Positions 8,428 to 17,473 of a DNA stretch of 32,000 nt are shown in pieces. The notes under the pieces were generated by a model. It did not search any database. It saw only the letters and a list, made by a program, of their open reading frames with translations, and had not been told where the DNA came from. The stretch is from Candidatus Methanophagaceae archaeon (GTDB lineage Archaea > Halobacteriota > Syntropharchaeia > Alkanophagales > Methanospirareceae), in NCBI GenBank assembly GCA_003194425.1, contig PQXB01000001.1, positions 550,444-582,443 of the forward strand, read 5' to 3'. The translations under genes were made by a program, and so were the position numbers. Numbering within the stretch: the stretch's first letter is position 1; each line of letters starts with the position of its first letter.

Positions 8428-10329
8428 ATGGCGAAGACAATAGGAATTGATGTAGGGACGAGCAATTCGGCTGCGGCGGCGATGGTCGGCGGGAAGCCAA
8501 CGATAATTCCGAGCTCAGAGGGAACGAGTCTCGGGGGCAAGGCGTTCCCCTCAGTCGTGGCGTTCACGAAGGACGGGCAGATGCTGGTCGGCGAACCCGC
8601 GAAGCGGCAGGCGGTCTCTAACCCCGAAGGCACGATTTTGGCGATCAAGCGTAAAATGGGCACCGACTACAAAGTAAAGGTTCGTGGCAAGGAATACTCG
8701 CCACAGCAAATAACCGCGTTCATTCTACAAAAAATCAAACGCGACGCAGAGGCGTTCCTGGGCGACAAGGTTGACAAGGCGGTCTTGACCGTGCCTGCGT
8801 ACTTCAACGACAACCAGCGGACGGCGACGAAGGACGCGGGTGCGATCGCGGGCTTAGAGGTTGTCCGAATAATCAACGAGCCGACAGCCGCGGCGCTCGC
8901 TTACGGAATTGACAAGACCGAGAAGGAGCAGAAGATTCTGGTCTTCGACTTCGGCGGCGGCACGCTCGATGTAACAATTATGGAGTTCAGCGAGGGCGTC
9001 TTCGAGGTCCTTTCCACGAGCGGCGACACACAACTCGGCGGCACCGACATGGACAAAGCAGTCCTGGATTATGTGGCTGAAGAGTTCAAGGCAGAGACGG
9101 GAATCGACGTGCGGAAAGACAAAATGGCGTTGCAACGGCTCCGAGAGGCGTCGGAGAAGGCGAAGATTGAACTCTCGAGCGTCCTTGAGACCGACCTGAA
9201 CCTGCCGTTCATCACCGCCGACGCCTCGGGTCCGAAGCACCTCGTAACGAAACTCACGCGTGCGAAGTTGGAGGAACTCGTGCGTCCAATCGTGGAGCGG
9301 TGCAAAACTTCAATCGACCGCGCACTGGAGGACGCGAAAATCGCTTCTCGCAGCGAAATTTCCAAAATCATCTTCGTCGGCGGTCCGACGCGAATGCCTT
9401 TTGTCCAGAAGTTCGTCGAGGACTACATCGGCGTCTCGGGTGAGCGGGGCGTTGACCCGATGGAATGCGTTGCGATGGGCGCTGCGATTCAGGCAGGCGT
9501 GCTGACCGGCGAGGTGAAGGACGTGCTGCTCTTGGATGTTACTCCGCTCTCGCTCGGCATCGAGACCCTCGGCGGCGTCACCACCAAACTAATCGAGCGG
9601 AACACCACGATTCCAACGAAGAAGAGCCAAATATTCTCAACCGCCGCGGACAACCAAACGAGCGTCGAGATAAATGTCCTGCAGGGCGAGCGAGAATTTG
9701 CGAGGGACAACACTTCGCTGGGGCGGTTCCACCTGATGAACATTCCGCCAGCGCCGCGGGGCGTCCCACAAATCGAGGTCACCTTCGACATCGACGCCAA
9801 CGGCATCTTAAATGTCACCGCCGAGGACAAGGGCACGGGAAAGCAGCAGGCGATCACAATCACCGCCTCGACCAAACTCTCGCAGAGCGAGATTGACCGA
9901 ATGGTTGAGGAGGCGAAGCGGTTCGAGGAGGAGGACAAGAGGCGACGCGAAATTGTGGAGACCAAGAACCAGGCAGAGAGCCTCATTTACACCACCGAGA
10001 AGGCACTCGCGGATTTGGGCGACAAGGTAACGAGCGAGGAGAAGTCGCGAATTAACGCAATTTCCGAGCGGCTGAAGGAGACGGCAAAGGGCGAGGATAT
10101 TCAGAAGATTCGGGCTGAAATGGAGGAACTGACGCGGGCGTTCCACGAAATTTCTACGCGGGCTTACCAACAAGCCAGCGCGGAAGCCGGCGCAGGAGGA
10201 GCAGGAGCTGGTGCAGGCGGAGCTGGTGCAGGCGGAGCTGGTGCAGGCGGAGCGGGAGCACAGCAGCAACAGCAACGAGAAGGCACAACCGAGGACGCGG
10301 AATACAAAGTGGTGGACGAGGAGGAGTAG
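8428..10329 (+). CDS. dnaK: chaperone DnaK (Hsp70)
   Basis: 633 aa with [18 protein letters not shown] and the full NBD and SBD. The Gly/Ala/Gln-rich C-terminal tail is built from a 15-nt repeat. Confidence 0.97.
   Translation: MAKTIGIDVGTSNSAAAAMVGGKPTIIPSSEGTSLGGKAFPSVVAFTKDGQMLVGEPAKRQAVSNPEGTILAIKRKMGTDYKVKVRGKEYSPQQITAFILQKIKRDAEAFLGDKVDKAVLTVPAYFNDNQRTATKDAGAIAGLEVVRIINEPTAAALAYGIDKTEKEQKILVFDFGGGTLDVTIMEFSEGVFEVLSTSGDTQLGGTDMDKAVLDYVAEEFKAETGIDVRKDKMALQRLREASEKAKIELSSVLETDLNLPFITADASGPKHLVTKLTRAKLEELVRPIVERCKTSIDRALEDAKIASRSEISKIIFVGGPTRMPFVQKFVEDYIGVSGERGVDPMECVAMGAAIQAGVLTGEVKDVLLLDVTPLSLGIETLGGVTTKLIERNTTIPTKKSQIFSTAADNQTSVEINVLQGEREFARDNTSLGRFHLMNIPPAPRGVPQIEVTFDIDANGILNVTAEDKGTGKQQAITITASTKLSQSEIDRMVEEAKRFEEEDKRRREIVETKNQAESLIYTTEKALADLGDKVTSEEKSRINAISERLKETAKGEDIQKIRAEMEELTRAFHEISTRAYQQASAEAGAGGAGAGAGGAGAGGAGAGGAGAQQQQQREGTTEDAEYKVVDEEE
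10206..10254. repeat. 15-nt tandem repeat agctggtgcaggcgg x3.3 in the dnaK C-terminal tail
   Basis: Read directly; three perfect copies. Confidence 0.95.
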
Positions 10330-10357
10330 GAAAGAAAGCGAAAAATAATGTCAAATA

Positions 10358-11422
10358 ATGCCAAAAAAAGATTACTACGAGACGCTCGGCGTTAGCAGGG
10401 ACGCCACGGAAAAAGACATTAAGCGAGCCTACCGAAGACTGGCAAAGCAGTACCACCCCGACACCTACAAAGGCGACAAGAAAGAGGCAGAAGAGAAGTT
10501 CAAGGAGATTTCAGAGGCTTACGAGGTGCTGGCTGACCGGGAGAAACGAGCGAAGTACGACCAGTTTGGGCAGAGGGTGGCGGAAGAGAATTTTGGACCC
10601 GAGGGCTTCGACTGGAGCCACTTCACGCACTACCGAGATGTAGAGGACATTTTCGGGAGTGCAATTTTTGAGTCGTTCTTCAGACCCGCGGGCAGTCCTG
10701 CCGGCAGCCCTGGCTTTGCGGGTAGCGGCGGGATTTTTGACACGCTCTTTGGGGGCGGGGAGCGACTACAAAGAACCGTTCGCGGTGCTGACGTTCGTTT
10801 AAGGCTGGACATTAGTCTTGAAGAGGCGGCTCGGGGGGCGGAGAAGACGATTGAGGTCCCGATGCAGCGGAGAGGCAAGGTCAAGCGAACGAAAATCCAA
10901 CTCAAAATTAAGAAGGGTGTTGATTCTGGCTACGAGATAAAAATTCCGAGGGCTGGGAGACCGCCACCTCCGACACCTCCAGAGTCTCGAATTGGCGGGG
11001 GCAGGAGAAGAGGTGTGGGCGGAGTGCCGGGCGACTTGTACGTGGTCTTGAATGTTTTACCGCACCCGGTCTTTGAACGGCGTGGAGACGACCTTTTTAT
11101 GCAGACGCGGATAAGTTTCGCAGACGCGGCGTTGGGCGGTGAGGTCACTGTTAGGGGATTAGACGGAAAACAGGTGAGGGTAAAAATCCCGCCGGAAACG
11201 CAGACAAACACCAAATTCCGCTTGCGCGGGCTGGGAATGCCGAGACTCAGTGGCAGTGGCAGTGGCAGTGGTAGTGCTGCTCGTGGCAGTGCTGCTCGTG
11301 GGAGCAGTCGTGGGGATCTTTATGTAGAAGTGGTTGTGGAGACGCCGAGAAATCTCACGACGCAGCAGAAGGAACTCTTGCGGAAGGCGTTCGCTGGTGC
11401 TAAACCTAATTCGCAGAAATAA
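10358..11422 (+). CDS. dnaJ: DnaJ-family co-chaperone lacking the Cys-rich zinc-finger domain
   Basis: J-domain with HPD, a G/F-like region, and C-terminal domains (GDLYVVLNV...FERRGDDL...GGEVTV...[12 protein letters not shown]). The protein has no cysteine at all; the CxxCxGxG x4 segment is replaced by [13 protein letters not shown]. Confidence 0.85.
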   Translation: MPKKDYYETLGVSRDATEKDIKRAYRRLAKQYHPDTYKGDKKEAEEKFKEISEAYEVLADREKRAKYDQFGQRVAEENFGPEGFDWSHFTHYRDVEDIFGSAIFESFFRPAGSPAGSPGFAGSGGIFDTLFGGGERLQRTVRGADVRLRLDISLEEAARGAEKTIEVPMQRRGKVKRTKIQLKIKKGVDSGYEIKIPRAGRPPPPTPPESRIGGGRRRGVGGVPGDLYVVLNVLPHPVFERRGDDLFMQTRISFADAALGGEVTVRGLDGKQVRVKIPPETQTNTKFRLRGLGMPRLSGSGSGSGSAARGSAARGSSRGDLYVEVVVETPRNLTTQQKELLRKAFAGAKPNSQK

Positions 11423-11424
11423 AG

Positions 11425-13107
11425 ATGCAACGGCGCAGCGAAGAGTGGACCGAAAAATACCGACCAAAGAGGTTAAGAGAGGTTGTTGGGAATGAGAAAG
11501 CGGTAGAAGACTTGAAAGAGTGGGCAGAAGCCTGGGCAGAAGCCTGGACAGGCGGCAGAGACCACAAAGCAAAGCCCAAAAAAGCCGTTCTGCTTCACGG
11601 ACCACCGGGGTGCGGCAAGACCTCGGCAGCCTACGCCCTCGCCTCTGAACGCGAGTGGGAAGTCGTGGAATTGAACGCGTCAGACCAGAGGAACGCAGGC
11701 GTGATAAAACGCATTGTGGCTCCTGCCGTTGCGAGCAAGACCTTCACCGAGGCGACGAGGCTGATTGTTCTTGACGAGGCGGACAACCTGCACGGCAACG
11801 AAGACCGCGGTGGAGCGAGGGCGGTAACAGAAATCGTTAAGAGAAGCACGCAGCCGATAATTCTCATCGCCAACGACAAACACGGGCTGGGTAGAACGCT
11901 GCTTCAGAATTGCAAACAAATTCGGTTCCAAAGGGTAAGAACAGGGACGGTCTTTCGTGTGCTGCGAAAGATAAACGACGAGGAAGGAGAAGGGGGTAGG
12001 GGGGGTGAGGGAATTGAGGATGCGACGCTACTTGCTTTAGCGAAAAACGCTGCTGGCGACTTGCGGTCTGCAGTGAACGACTTGCAGGCTCTCTCGCTCT
12101 CTGCTTCACACTCTGCTTCACACTCTGCTTCACACTCTGCTTCACACTCTGCTTCTCTCTCGACTTCTCCGTCCGCTTCGCTAAAAGAGCGAGAAATAGC
12201 GACGGGCGGGAGGGACGCTGAAGAAGACATTTTTGGTGTCTTGAGCAAGATTTTTGGTGTAGGTGGAGGAGGAGACGGAGGGGAGGGCGGGAGAGGAGGG
12301 GGCTACAAGATGCAGGAGGCTCTTTCGTCGCTTTACAGCCTTGACAAGACGCCCGAGGAGAGCATTCAATGGATTTACAAGAACTTCTCGTCTGAGTTCG
12401 GTGCAAAAGGAGAAGAGAGTTTTTTGCACGGCTTGCACTACCTCGGCAGGGCGGATACTTTTTTGGGGCGGGCACGCAGCCGAGAGAATTTCAAGTTCTG
12501 GCGCTACGCGTCAAGTTTAATGGCTTGCAGCGTGATTTCCGCAGGAGAGGTGCAACGGGAGGAAAGGGGAGAACGGGGAGAACGGGGAGAACGGGGGGGG
12601 AGAAGAGAAGGAGGCTGGCAGAGGAGGTATTTTCGGTCGCCGTGGCAACGAGAGCGTGGGGAAGGGGGCGAAGGTGGCAGGAAATCTGAACCGAGAAGAG
12701 AAGAAGTAGCGAAGAAAATCGCAGACTACTGCAAAGTCCCGCTGAGCTACGCTCGGCTTTTTGTCGTCCCGTTTTTGAAATTTTTCTTCGAGGACGAGGG
12801 AAAGGCGGTTGAGACCACGGCACTACTGCAACTGGACGCTCGGCAAGTGGCTTTTTTGGTGGAGCGAGAAGAGAGAGCGAAGAGAATTTACGAGGCAGCG
12901 GCAGTTGCAAGAGCGGTAAAAAAGGAGAAGGAGGGGGTAAAGGAGGCAGTAGTGAAGGAAGAGGAGGAGGAGAGGGAGGAGGAAGAGAAGGAGGAGAGGG
13001 AGGAGGAAGTGGAGGGGGAGGAGGCGGTTGAGAAAGGCGAGGCTAAAACAGAAGTTGGAGAAGTAAAAAAAGATCAAAAGACTTTGGCAGATTTTTGGGG
13101 GTCGTGA
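11425..13107 (+). CDS. rfcL: replication factor C large subunit
   Basis: WTEKYRPKRLREVVGN, GPPGCGKTS and LIVLDEADNL, with an acidic C-terminal tail. Several low-complexity inserts. Confidence 0.85.
   Translation: MQRRSEEWTEKYRPKRLREVVGNEKAVEDLKEWAEAWAEAWTGGRDHKAKPKKAVLLHGPPGCGKTSAAYALASEREWEVVELNASDQRNAGVIKRIVAPAVASKTFTEATRLIVLDEADNLHGNEDRGGARAVTEIVKRSTQPIILIANDKHGLGRTLLQNCKQIRFQRVRTGTVFRVLRKINDEEGEGGRGGEGIEDATLLALAKNAAGDLRSAVNDLQALSLSASHSASHSASHSASHSASLSTSPSASLKEREIATGGRDAEEDIFGVLSKIFGVGGGGDGGEGGRGGGYKMQEALSSLYSLDKTPEESIQWIYKNFSSEFGAKGEESFLHGLHYLGRADTFLGRARSRENFKFWRYASSLMACSVISAGEVQREERGERGERGERGGRREGGWQRRYFRSPWQRERGEGGEGGRKSEPRREEVAKKIADYCKVPLSYARLFVVPFLKFFFEDEGKAVETTALLQLDARQVAFLVEREERAKRIYEAAAVARAVKKEKEGVKEAVVKEEEEEREEEEKEEREEEVEGEEAVEKGEAKTEVGEVKKDQKTLADFWGS
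12099..12155. repeat. 12-nt tandem repeat ctctgcttcaca x4.75 inside rfcL (encodes SHSA repeats)
   Basis: Read directly; four perfect copies plus a partial one. Confidence 0.95.
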
Positions 13108-13118
13108 GAGAGAAAAAA

Positions 13119-13718
13119 ATGATAATCGCAGTTACAGGGACGCCGGGCACTGGAAAGACGAGCGTCTGCAAAAGCAGGACACTCGGGCGTGAATTTGATT
13201 TTTTGGACTTGAACCGCGTAGTAAAGGAAAAGGGCTTCTACACGGGCGTGGACAACGAGCGGGGTGGCTGTCTTGTCGCAGACCTCGAGAAACTGTGGGA
13301 TTTTGTGCGGTCCGAGGAGAGAGTGGAAGAGGGAGGGAGAGTGGTTCTGATTGAGAGCCACCTCTCGCACTTACTCTCGCCCGAAGTTGCCGTCGTGCTG
13401 CGAGCGAATCCGGCTCTGCTTGCTGAACGGCTGAAGCAGAAGGGGTTTTCAGGACCGAAAATACGCGAGAACCTTGAGGCTGAGGTCTTGGATATTATTT
13501 TGGCGGAGGCGGTGGAGCGGTGCGGAGTTGTCTACGAGGTGGACACGAGCGGGAAGAGCGTTGAGGAAGTTGCTTCTGCAGTGCGGGAAATTGTCTTGAC
13601 TGAGACAGCAGGGAGTCCTGCGAAGGGAAATTTAGTAAAGGCAAAGCAAAAAAGTTTAAAGGAGAGGCACAAGCCGGGGTCAGTAGACTGGAGCAGCTTC
13701 GTAGATTTATTTTTCTAA
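13119..13718 (+). CDS. putative adenylate kinase / NTPase (Fap7/AK6 homolog)
   Basis: MIIAVTGTPGTGKTS P-loop at the ATG at 13119. The longer ORF from 13095 would overlap the rfcL stop. Confidence 0.7.
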   Translation: MIIAVTGTPGTGKTSVCKSRTLGREFDFLDLNRVVKEKGFYTGVDNERGGCLVADLEKLWDFVRSEERVEEGGRVVLIESHLSHLLSPEVAVVLRANPALLAERLKQKGFSGPKIRENLEAEVLDIILAEAVERCGVVYEVDTSGKSVEEVASAVREIVLTETAGSPAKGNLVKAKQKSLKERHKPGSVDWSSFVDLFF

Positions 13719-13736
13719 AAGAGAAAAAGTGTAAAA

Positions 13737-14438
13737 ATGGCTCTTGATTCTCTGCTGCGGGCGTCTCTAAACAAGAGCGAGTTAGTGAGGCGGTTTGCGA
13801 GGTCTCTTGCGGTCGTAGGTGTCTCGCCGAATTTGCTCTCGGTTCTCTCGCTCTTCTTCGCTGCACTCGCAGGCTTGTCCTTCTTCCTCGCGGGTAAGAG
13901 CAGTAGCAGTAGCAGTAGTAGCAGCAGCCCACTCTCTCCTCTACTTCTGCTACTCGGTGCTGGTGTTTTCGTCTGCTTGAACGCGGTTTTAGACGCTTTA
14001 GACGGCGTTTTAGCACGCGAAATCGGGAACGCGAGCAGAAGGGGCGACTTCCTCGACCACGTGCTCGACCGCTACTCGGATGTTTTTATCGTCGGCGGAA
14101 TTGTCCTCGGTGGCTTTGCAGACCCGTGGTGGGAGGTCGGCGTAGTCGCGATTGTTGGCATTCTGCTCTCCTCCTACTTGGGCACGCAGGCGCAAGCAGT
14201 CGGACTAAAGAGAGTCTACGGCGGTTTGGTTGGCAGGGCAGACCGACTTCTGATAATCTTGGCAGCTACTCTTCTCACTCTTCTTTACCCCCACCCAATT
14301 CCCGCGGCGGGGTTGAGACTGCTTAACCTCTCTTCTTCCTTCTCCTTCTCTTTCCTCGGCTGGACTCTCGTCCTCTTCGCAGTTCTCTGCAACGCCACCG
14401 CCTTACAGCGCTTCTTTTACGCGTGGCGACGGCTTTAA
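13737..14438 (+). CDS. CDP-alcohol phosphatidyltransferase family protein (archaeal polar-lipid head-group synthase)
   Basis: Signature DALDGVLAREIGNASRRGDFLDHVLD (D..DG..AR...G...D...D) in a multi-TM protein. Contains a poly-Ser insert (13899-13927). Confidence 0.75.
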   Translation: MALDSLLRASLNKSELVRRFARSLAVVGVSPNLLSVLSLFFAALAGLSFFLAGKSSSSSSSSSSPLSPLLLLLGAGVFVCLNAVLDALDGVLAREIGNASRRGDFLDHVLDRYSDVFIVGGIVLGGFADPWWEVGVVAIVGILLSSYLGTQAQAVGLKRVYGGLVGRADRLLIILAATLLTLLYPHPIPAAGLRLLNLSSSFSFSFLGWTLVLFAVLCNATALQRFFYAWRRL

Positions 14439-14440
14439 AT

Positions 14441-15904
14441 TTATCTTCTTAACAACTCCCCCAAAATAACTCCCTCAACCTCCTCTAACGGCAACGGCAA
14501 TTGACTCGGCGATTTTATCTCCAGCCGCTCTTTTATTTTCCACATTTTACACTCCTCCCTCAACCTCTTGTACCCCCCACCCGTAATGTTCAGCAAAACC
14601 CGCTCCTCTTTCCCGACGAAACCCTCTTCAACCGCTTTAATCAGAGAGGCAACCGCTACTGACGCCGCAGGGTCTAAATCTACCCCCTCCTCGCTCTCAA
14701 ACAACTTTTCCGCTTCTCTACACTCGTCGTTAGTCACTCCGTAGATTTCTCCGTTCGTGTCCTTGAGCATTTCGTACACGCCACCTCTGACAGAATACGG
14801 AGGATTCCTCGTAGAAAGCACATCCGCGTACATTTTTTTTATCGCCTCCTCCGCATTCTTCATATCCTTCTCCGCGATTATTTCTACCCTCCTACCGTCC
14901 TGCCACGCGTAAAACATCGGCGCGAACGGAAGGTTCTGAGAAATAACAATTTTCGGCATTTTCCCGCCGAACCGCCCGTCCCCGAGCAGCCGACTAAAAG
15001 CCTCCCACGCCGCAATCGCACCCGTGCCACTGCCAACCGCTTGGAAATAATAGTCTGGCAGAACTTTCATAAAGAACGCGGCTTCTAGCTCCACCACACC
15101 CATTCCATCCCGCCTCGCCACATTTCTCGCACCTCCTTCTGCGATTAACCCGCCACCGCCTCTTCCTCCTCTCTCCACTCTTCCTCCTCTCTCCACTCTT
15201 CCTCCTCTCTGCACCAAGTCCTTGCCGACTGCAATCGCGTCCGAGTAGTCGCCGTCCACCGAGATTAAGAAAATGTTGTCGTGCTTCTTTGTTTCCGTTT
15301 CCGGTTCTACGGTTGTCCACATTCGGTGAAGGCAACTCTTCGGCACGACCGCGACTACGGGTATTCCTGTCAGAGCGGCGACCTCTGCGAAGGCTCTTGA
15401 AGTGTTCCCTGCAGAAGGCACAACCAAAATCTTCCCTCCGCCTCCTCCTCCACTGTCTCCTCCACCGTCTCCTCCTCCGCCTCCTCCACCGTCTCCTCCT
15501 CCGTCTCCTCCTCCGTCTCCTGCCTTCTCCTTCGCCCGCTGAAAAGTAGGTGCCGCTTCCAACTCCTTGAAGGTGCAGGTCTTCATAAAAGCCCCCTTCT
15601 CAGGCCAGTAACCGTTGAACGCAACGAACAAATTATTCAACCCTAACTCCCTTCCCAGCCCCTCCTCACTCTTGTACGCAACCGGGCTCGAGCCTGCACT
15701 CGCGACAGCGGGCAACGGCAACGCCTCTTCCACAGGCAGCCAGTCCAGGTAGTTGAAGAGTCCTCTTCCCGAGAGTTTCCTTACCTGCTTTCTTTTGTAC
15801 GCAGTTCTTAACAACGCGTCGTGACCCCGCGGGCAGGTGTTCGTGTACCTGTCCAAAATGGGCTTCCCGCACTCCAAACACCTCAACTGATATTTTAAAG
15901 CCAT
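14441..15904 (-). CDS. threonine-synthase-like PLP enzyme, most similar to cysteate synthase (coenzyme M biosynthesis)
   Basis: N-terminal C..C Zn-ribbon-like motif. Blocks FNGYWPEKGAFMKTCTFKELEA, SAGNTSRAFAEV, GGARNVARRDGMG, YFQAVGSGTG and NPPYSV match my recollection of methanogen cysteate synthase. Two large Gly-rich repeat inserts. Confidence 0.65.
   Translation of the reverse strand: MALKYQLRCLECGKPILDRYTNTCPRGHDALLRTAYKRKQVRKLSGRGLFNYLDWLPVEEALPLPAVASAGSSPVAYKSEEGLGRELGLNNLFVAFNGYWPEKGAFMKTCTFKELEAAPTFQRAKEKAGDGGGDGGGDGGGGGGGDGGGDSGGGGGGKILVVPSAGNTSRAFAEVAALTGIPVVAVVPKSCLHRMWTTVEPETETKKHDNIFLISVDGDYSDAIAVGKDLVQRGGRVERGGRVERGGRGGGGLIAEGGARNVARRDGMGVVELEAAFFMKVLPDYYFQAVGSGTGAIAAWEAFSRLLGDGRFGGKMPKIVISQNLPFAPMFYAWQDGRRVEIIAEKDMKNAEEAIKKMYADVLSTRNPPYSVRGGVYEMLKDTNGEIYGVTNDECREAEKLFESEEGVDLDPAASVAVASLIKAVEEGFVGKEERVLLNITGGGYKRLREECKMWKIKERLEIKSPSQLPLPLEEVEGVILGELLRR
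15160..15213. repeat. 18-nt tandem repeat ctcttcctcctctctcca x3 inside the cysteate-synthase-like gene (encodes ERGGRV repeats)
   Basis: Read directly; two perfect copies and one with a single mismatch. Confidence 0.95.
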
Positions 15905-15947
15905 TCTTTTTTCGTTTTTTTAAGTGCTTCTGTTCTTATTATTTTTT

Positions 15948-16988
15948 ATGCACTGGACTTACGCAAAAGCAGGGGTGGACATAAAAAAGGAGCAGAGCGT
16001 CGTAAAAGCCCTCTCTTCTGAAATGCGCGGGCAGGCGGAAAGAGGGTTAAGAGGTTTTAAAGGTTTTTCAGGTCTTTTAGAAGTGCCTTTTGAGGCTGAC
16101 GCACAGCAGCTCCTCGCTATTTCGACCGACGGCGTTGGCTCAAAGGTCTTGGTTGCAGCGGAGTTGGGGAAGTGGGACACAATCGGAATTGACTGCGTTG
16201 CGATGAACGTGAACGACATTTACTGCGTTGGGGCGACGCCGGCGGGTTTTGTAGATTATCTCGCGATGCAGGAGCCGGACGAGCGGGTCGCTGCAGAAGT
16301 CGGGAAAGGGCTGGCGGAAGGAGCGAAAATCGCAGGGATTTCTGTCGTCGGCGGTGAGACCGCGATTCTGCCCGAGGTCGTAAACGGGTTAGACCTCTCT
16401 GGAACTTGCGTTGGCTTTGTACGGAAGGGCTCGGAGGTAAGCGGCGAGAAAGTCCGGGAGGGCGACTTGGTTCTGGGCTTGAAAAGTTCGGGAATTCACA
16501 GCAACGGGCTGACGCTGGCGAGGAAGGTGCTCGAGGCTGCAGGCTTGAGTTTGAGTTTGAGTTACAAAGAGGCAGGGGTAGAGAGGGGCGGAGAGTTAGG
16601 TGGAGAGAGGAGCGTAGGCGAGGAGTTGCTCACGCCGACGAGGATTTACACAGAGGTCTTGGATCTGCTGATGAGGGGGTGCGAGGTGCACGGCTTGGCA
16701 CACATAACTGGGGGTGGCGTCTTGAAGTTGCGGCGAACTCTTGGGACTGAACTTGGGTTTGAGATTTACGAGCCGTTGGAGCCGAACGAGATTTTTCGGT
16801 TTATTCAGGAACTCGGCAGCGTGCCGGATGAGGAAATGTACAAGACTTTTAATATGGGAATGGGTTTTGCGGTTGTAATTCCGGAGAGCGAAGAGCGAGA
16901 GGCAGTTCGTGCGACAGGCGGTAAAATCGTAGGTGCGGTCGTGGAAGCGGAGCGTGGGATTAGAGTTGGCGAGGTGAAGGTGGTTTAG
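15948..16988 (+). CDS. purM: phosphoribosylformylglycinamidine cyclo-ligase (AIR synthase)
   Basis: YAKAGVDI start region, DGVGSK, and AIR-synthase N and C domains. The ATG at 15948 is preferred over the upstream alternative start at 15924. Confidence 0.9.
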   Translation: MHWTYAKAGVDIKKEQSVVKALSSEMRGQAERGLRGFKGFSGLLEVPFEADAQQLLAISTDGVGSKVLVAAELGKWDTIGIDCVAMNVNDIYCVGATPAGFVDYLAMQEPDERVAAEVGKGLAEGAKIAGISVVGGETAILPEVVNGLDLSGTCVGFVRKGSEVSGEKVREGDLVLGLKSSGIHSNGLTLARKVLEAAGLSLSLSYKEAGVERGGELGGERSVGEELLTPTRIYTEVLDLLMRGCEVHGLAHITGGGVLKLRRTLGTELGFEIYEPLEPNEIFRFIQELGSVPDEEMYKTFNMGMGFAVVIPESEEREAVRATGGKIVGAVVEAERGIRVGEVKVV

Positions 16989-17008
16989 GTTAGGAGTTAA
17001 CGGGCAAA

Positions 17009-17473
17009 ATGAAAGACAAAGACAGAGACCGAGATCGAGACCGAGACAAGGCAATTTTTGAAGCGGGCATTAAACTCGGCGCCCTCTACCACCAGTTCCT
17101 CGGCACGCCTGTGAGCACCGAGACCGCGGAGAGTTTGGAGACTGCGATAAAACGAAGCGTCTCGCTTCAGCCCTGGGTCAGTGCGGTGGAGGTGAAAATT
17201 GACCGCGAGAAGGTGCTGCGGGCTCAGGAGAAAGGGAGGGGGACAGAGAGCCCAAAAAAATTCAAATACTGCGAGTTGAGTGGTGAGATGCTGGATGTGA
17301 AAGTGGTTGTTTTGCGTGGGCAAGTGGAGGTGCAGGCGAGGGTGAAATACGAGGAGGAGTTGGCTTACCCGTTGATGCGTCTTGAAAAGGTCGCTTTTAA
17401 AAGCCCGCCCAAAAACCTGAAGAACTCCTCAACCAAGTCTAACGCCTCTGGAAGAACCACGAAGACCGCGTAG
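17009..17473 (+). CDS. mptD: archaeal dihydroneopterin aldolase MptD-like protein
   Basis: The FEAGIKLGALYHQFLGTPVS block is characteristic of the MptD family. It has an N-terminal KDKDRDRDRDRDK repeat, and its 3' tail overlaps artA. Confidence 0.65.
   Translation: MKDKDRDRDRDRDKAIFEAGIKLGALYHQFLGTPVSTETAESLETAIKRSVSLQPWVSAVEVKIDREKVLRAQEKGRGTESPKKFKYCELSGEMLDVKVVVLRGQVEVQARVKYEEELAYPLMRLEKVAFKSPPKNLKNSSTKSNASGRTTKTA

Noticed and set aside
8355-10456. Numerous ORFs of 60-165 aa on both strands within dnaK
   Set aside because: All lie inside or antisense to an unambiguous full-length DnaK, and their R/S/P-rich translations are typical of off-frame GC-rich sequence.
11864-12475. Minus-strand 203-aa ORF antisense to rfcL
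   Set aside because: It is a shadow ORF whose repeat peptide (SVKQ)n is simply the reverse complement of the SHSA repeat. The RFC motifs on the plus strand are decisive.
13095-13118. Longest-ORF N-terminal extensions of the Fap7-like gene (13095), gltX (18677), purM (15924), the PaREP1-like ORF (24511) and traB (24143)
   Set aside because: The extensions use alternative start codons, overlap upstream genes or add non-conserved residues. Internal ATGs placed right before the conserved N-termini are more plausible.
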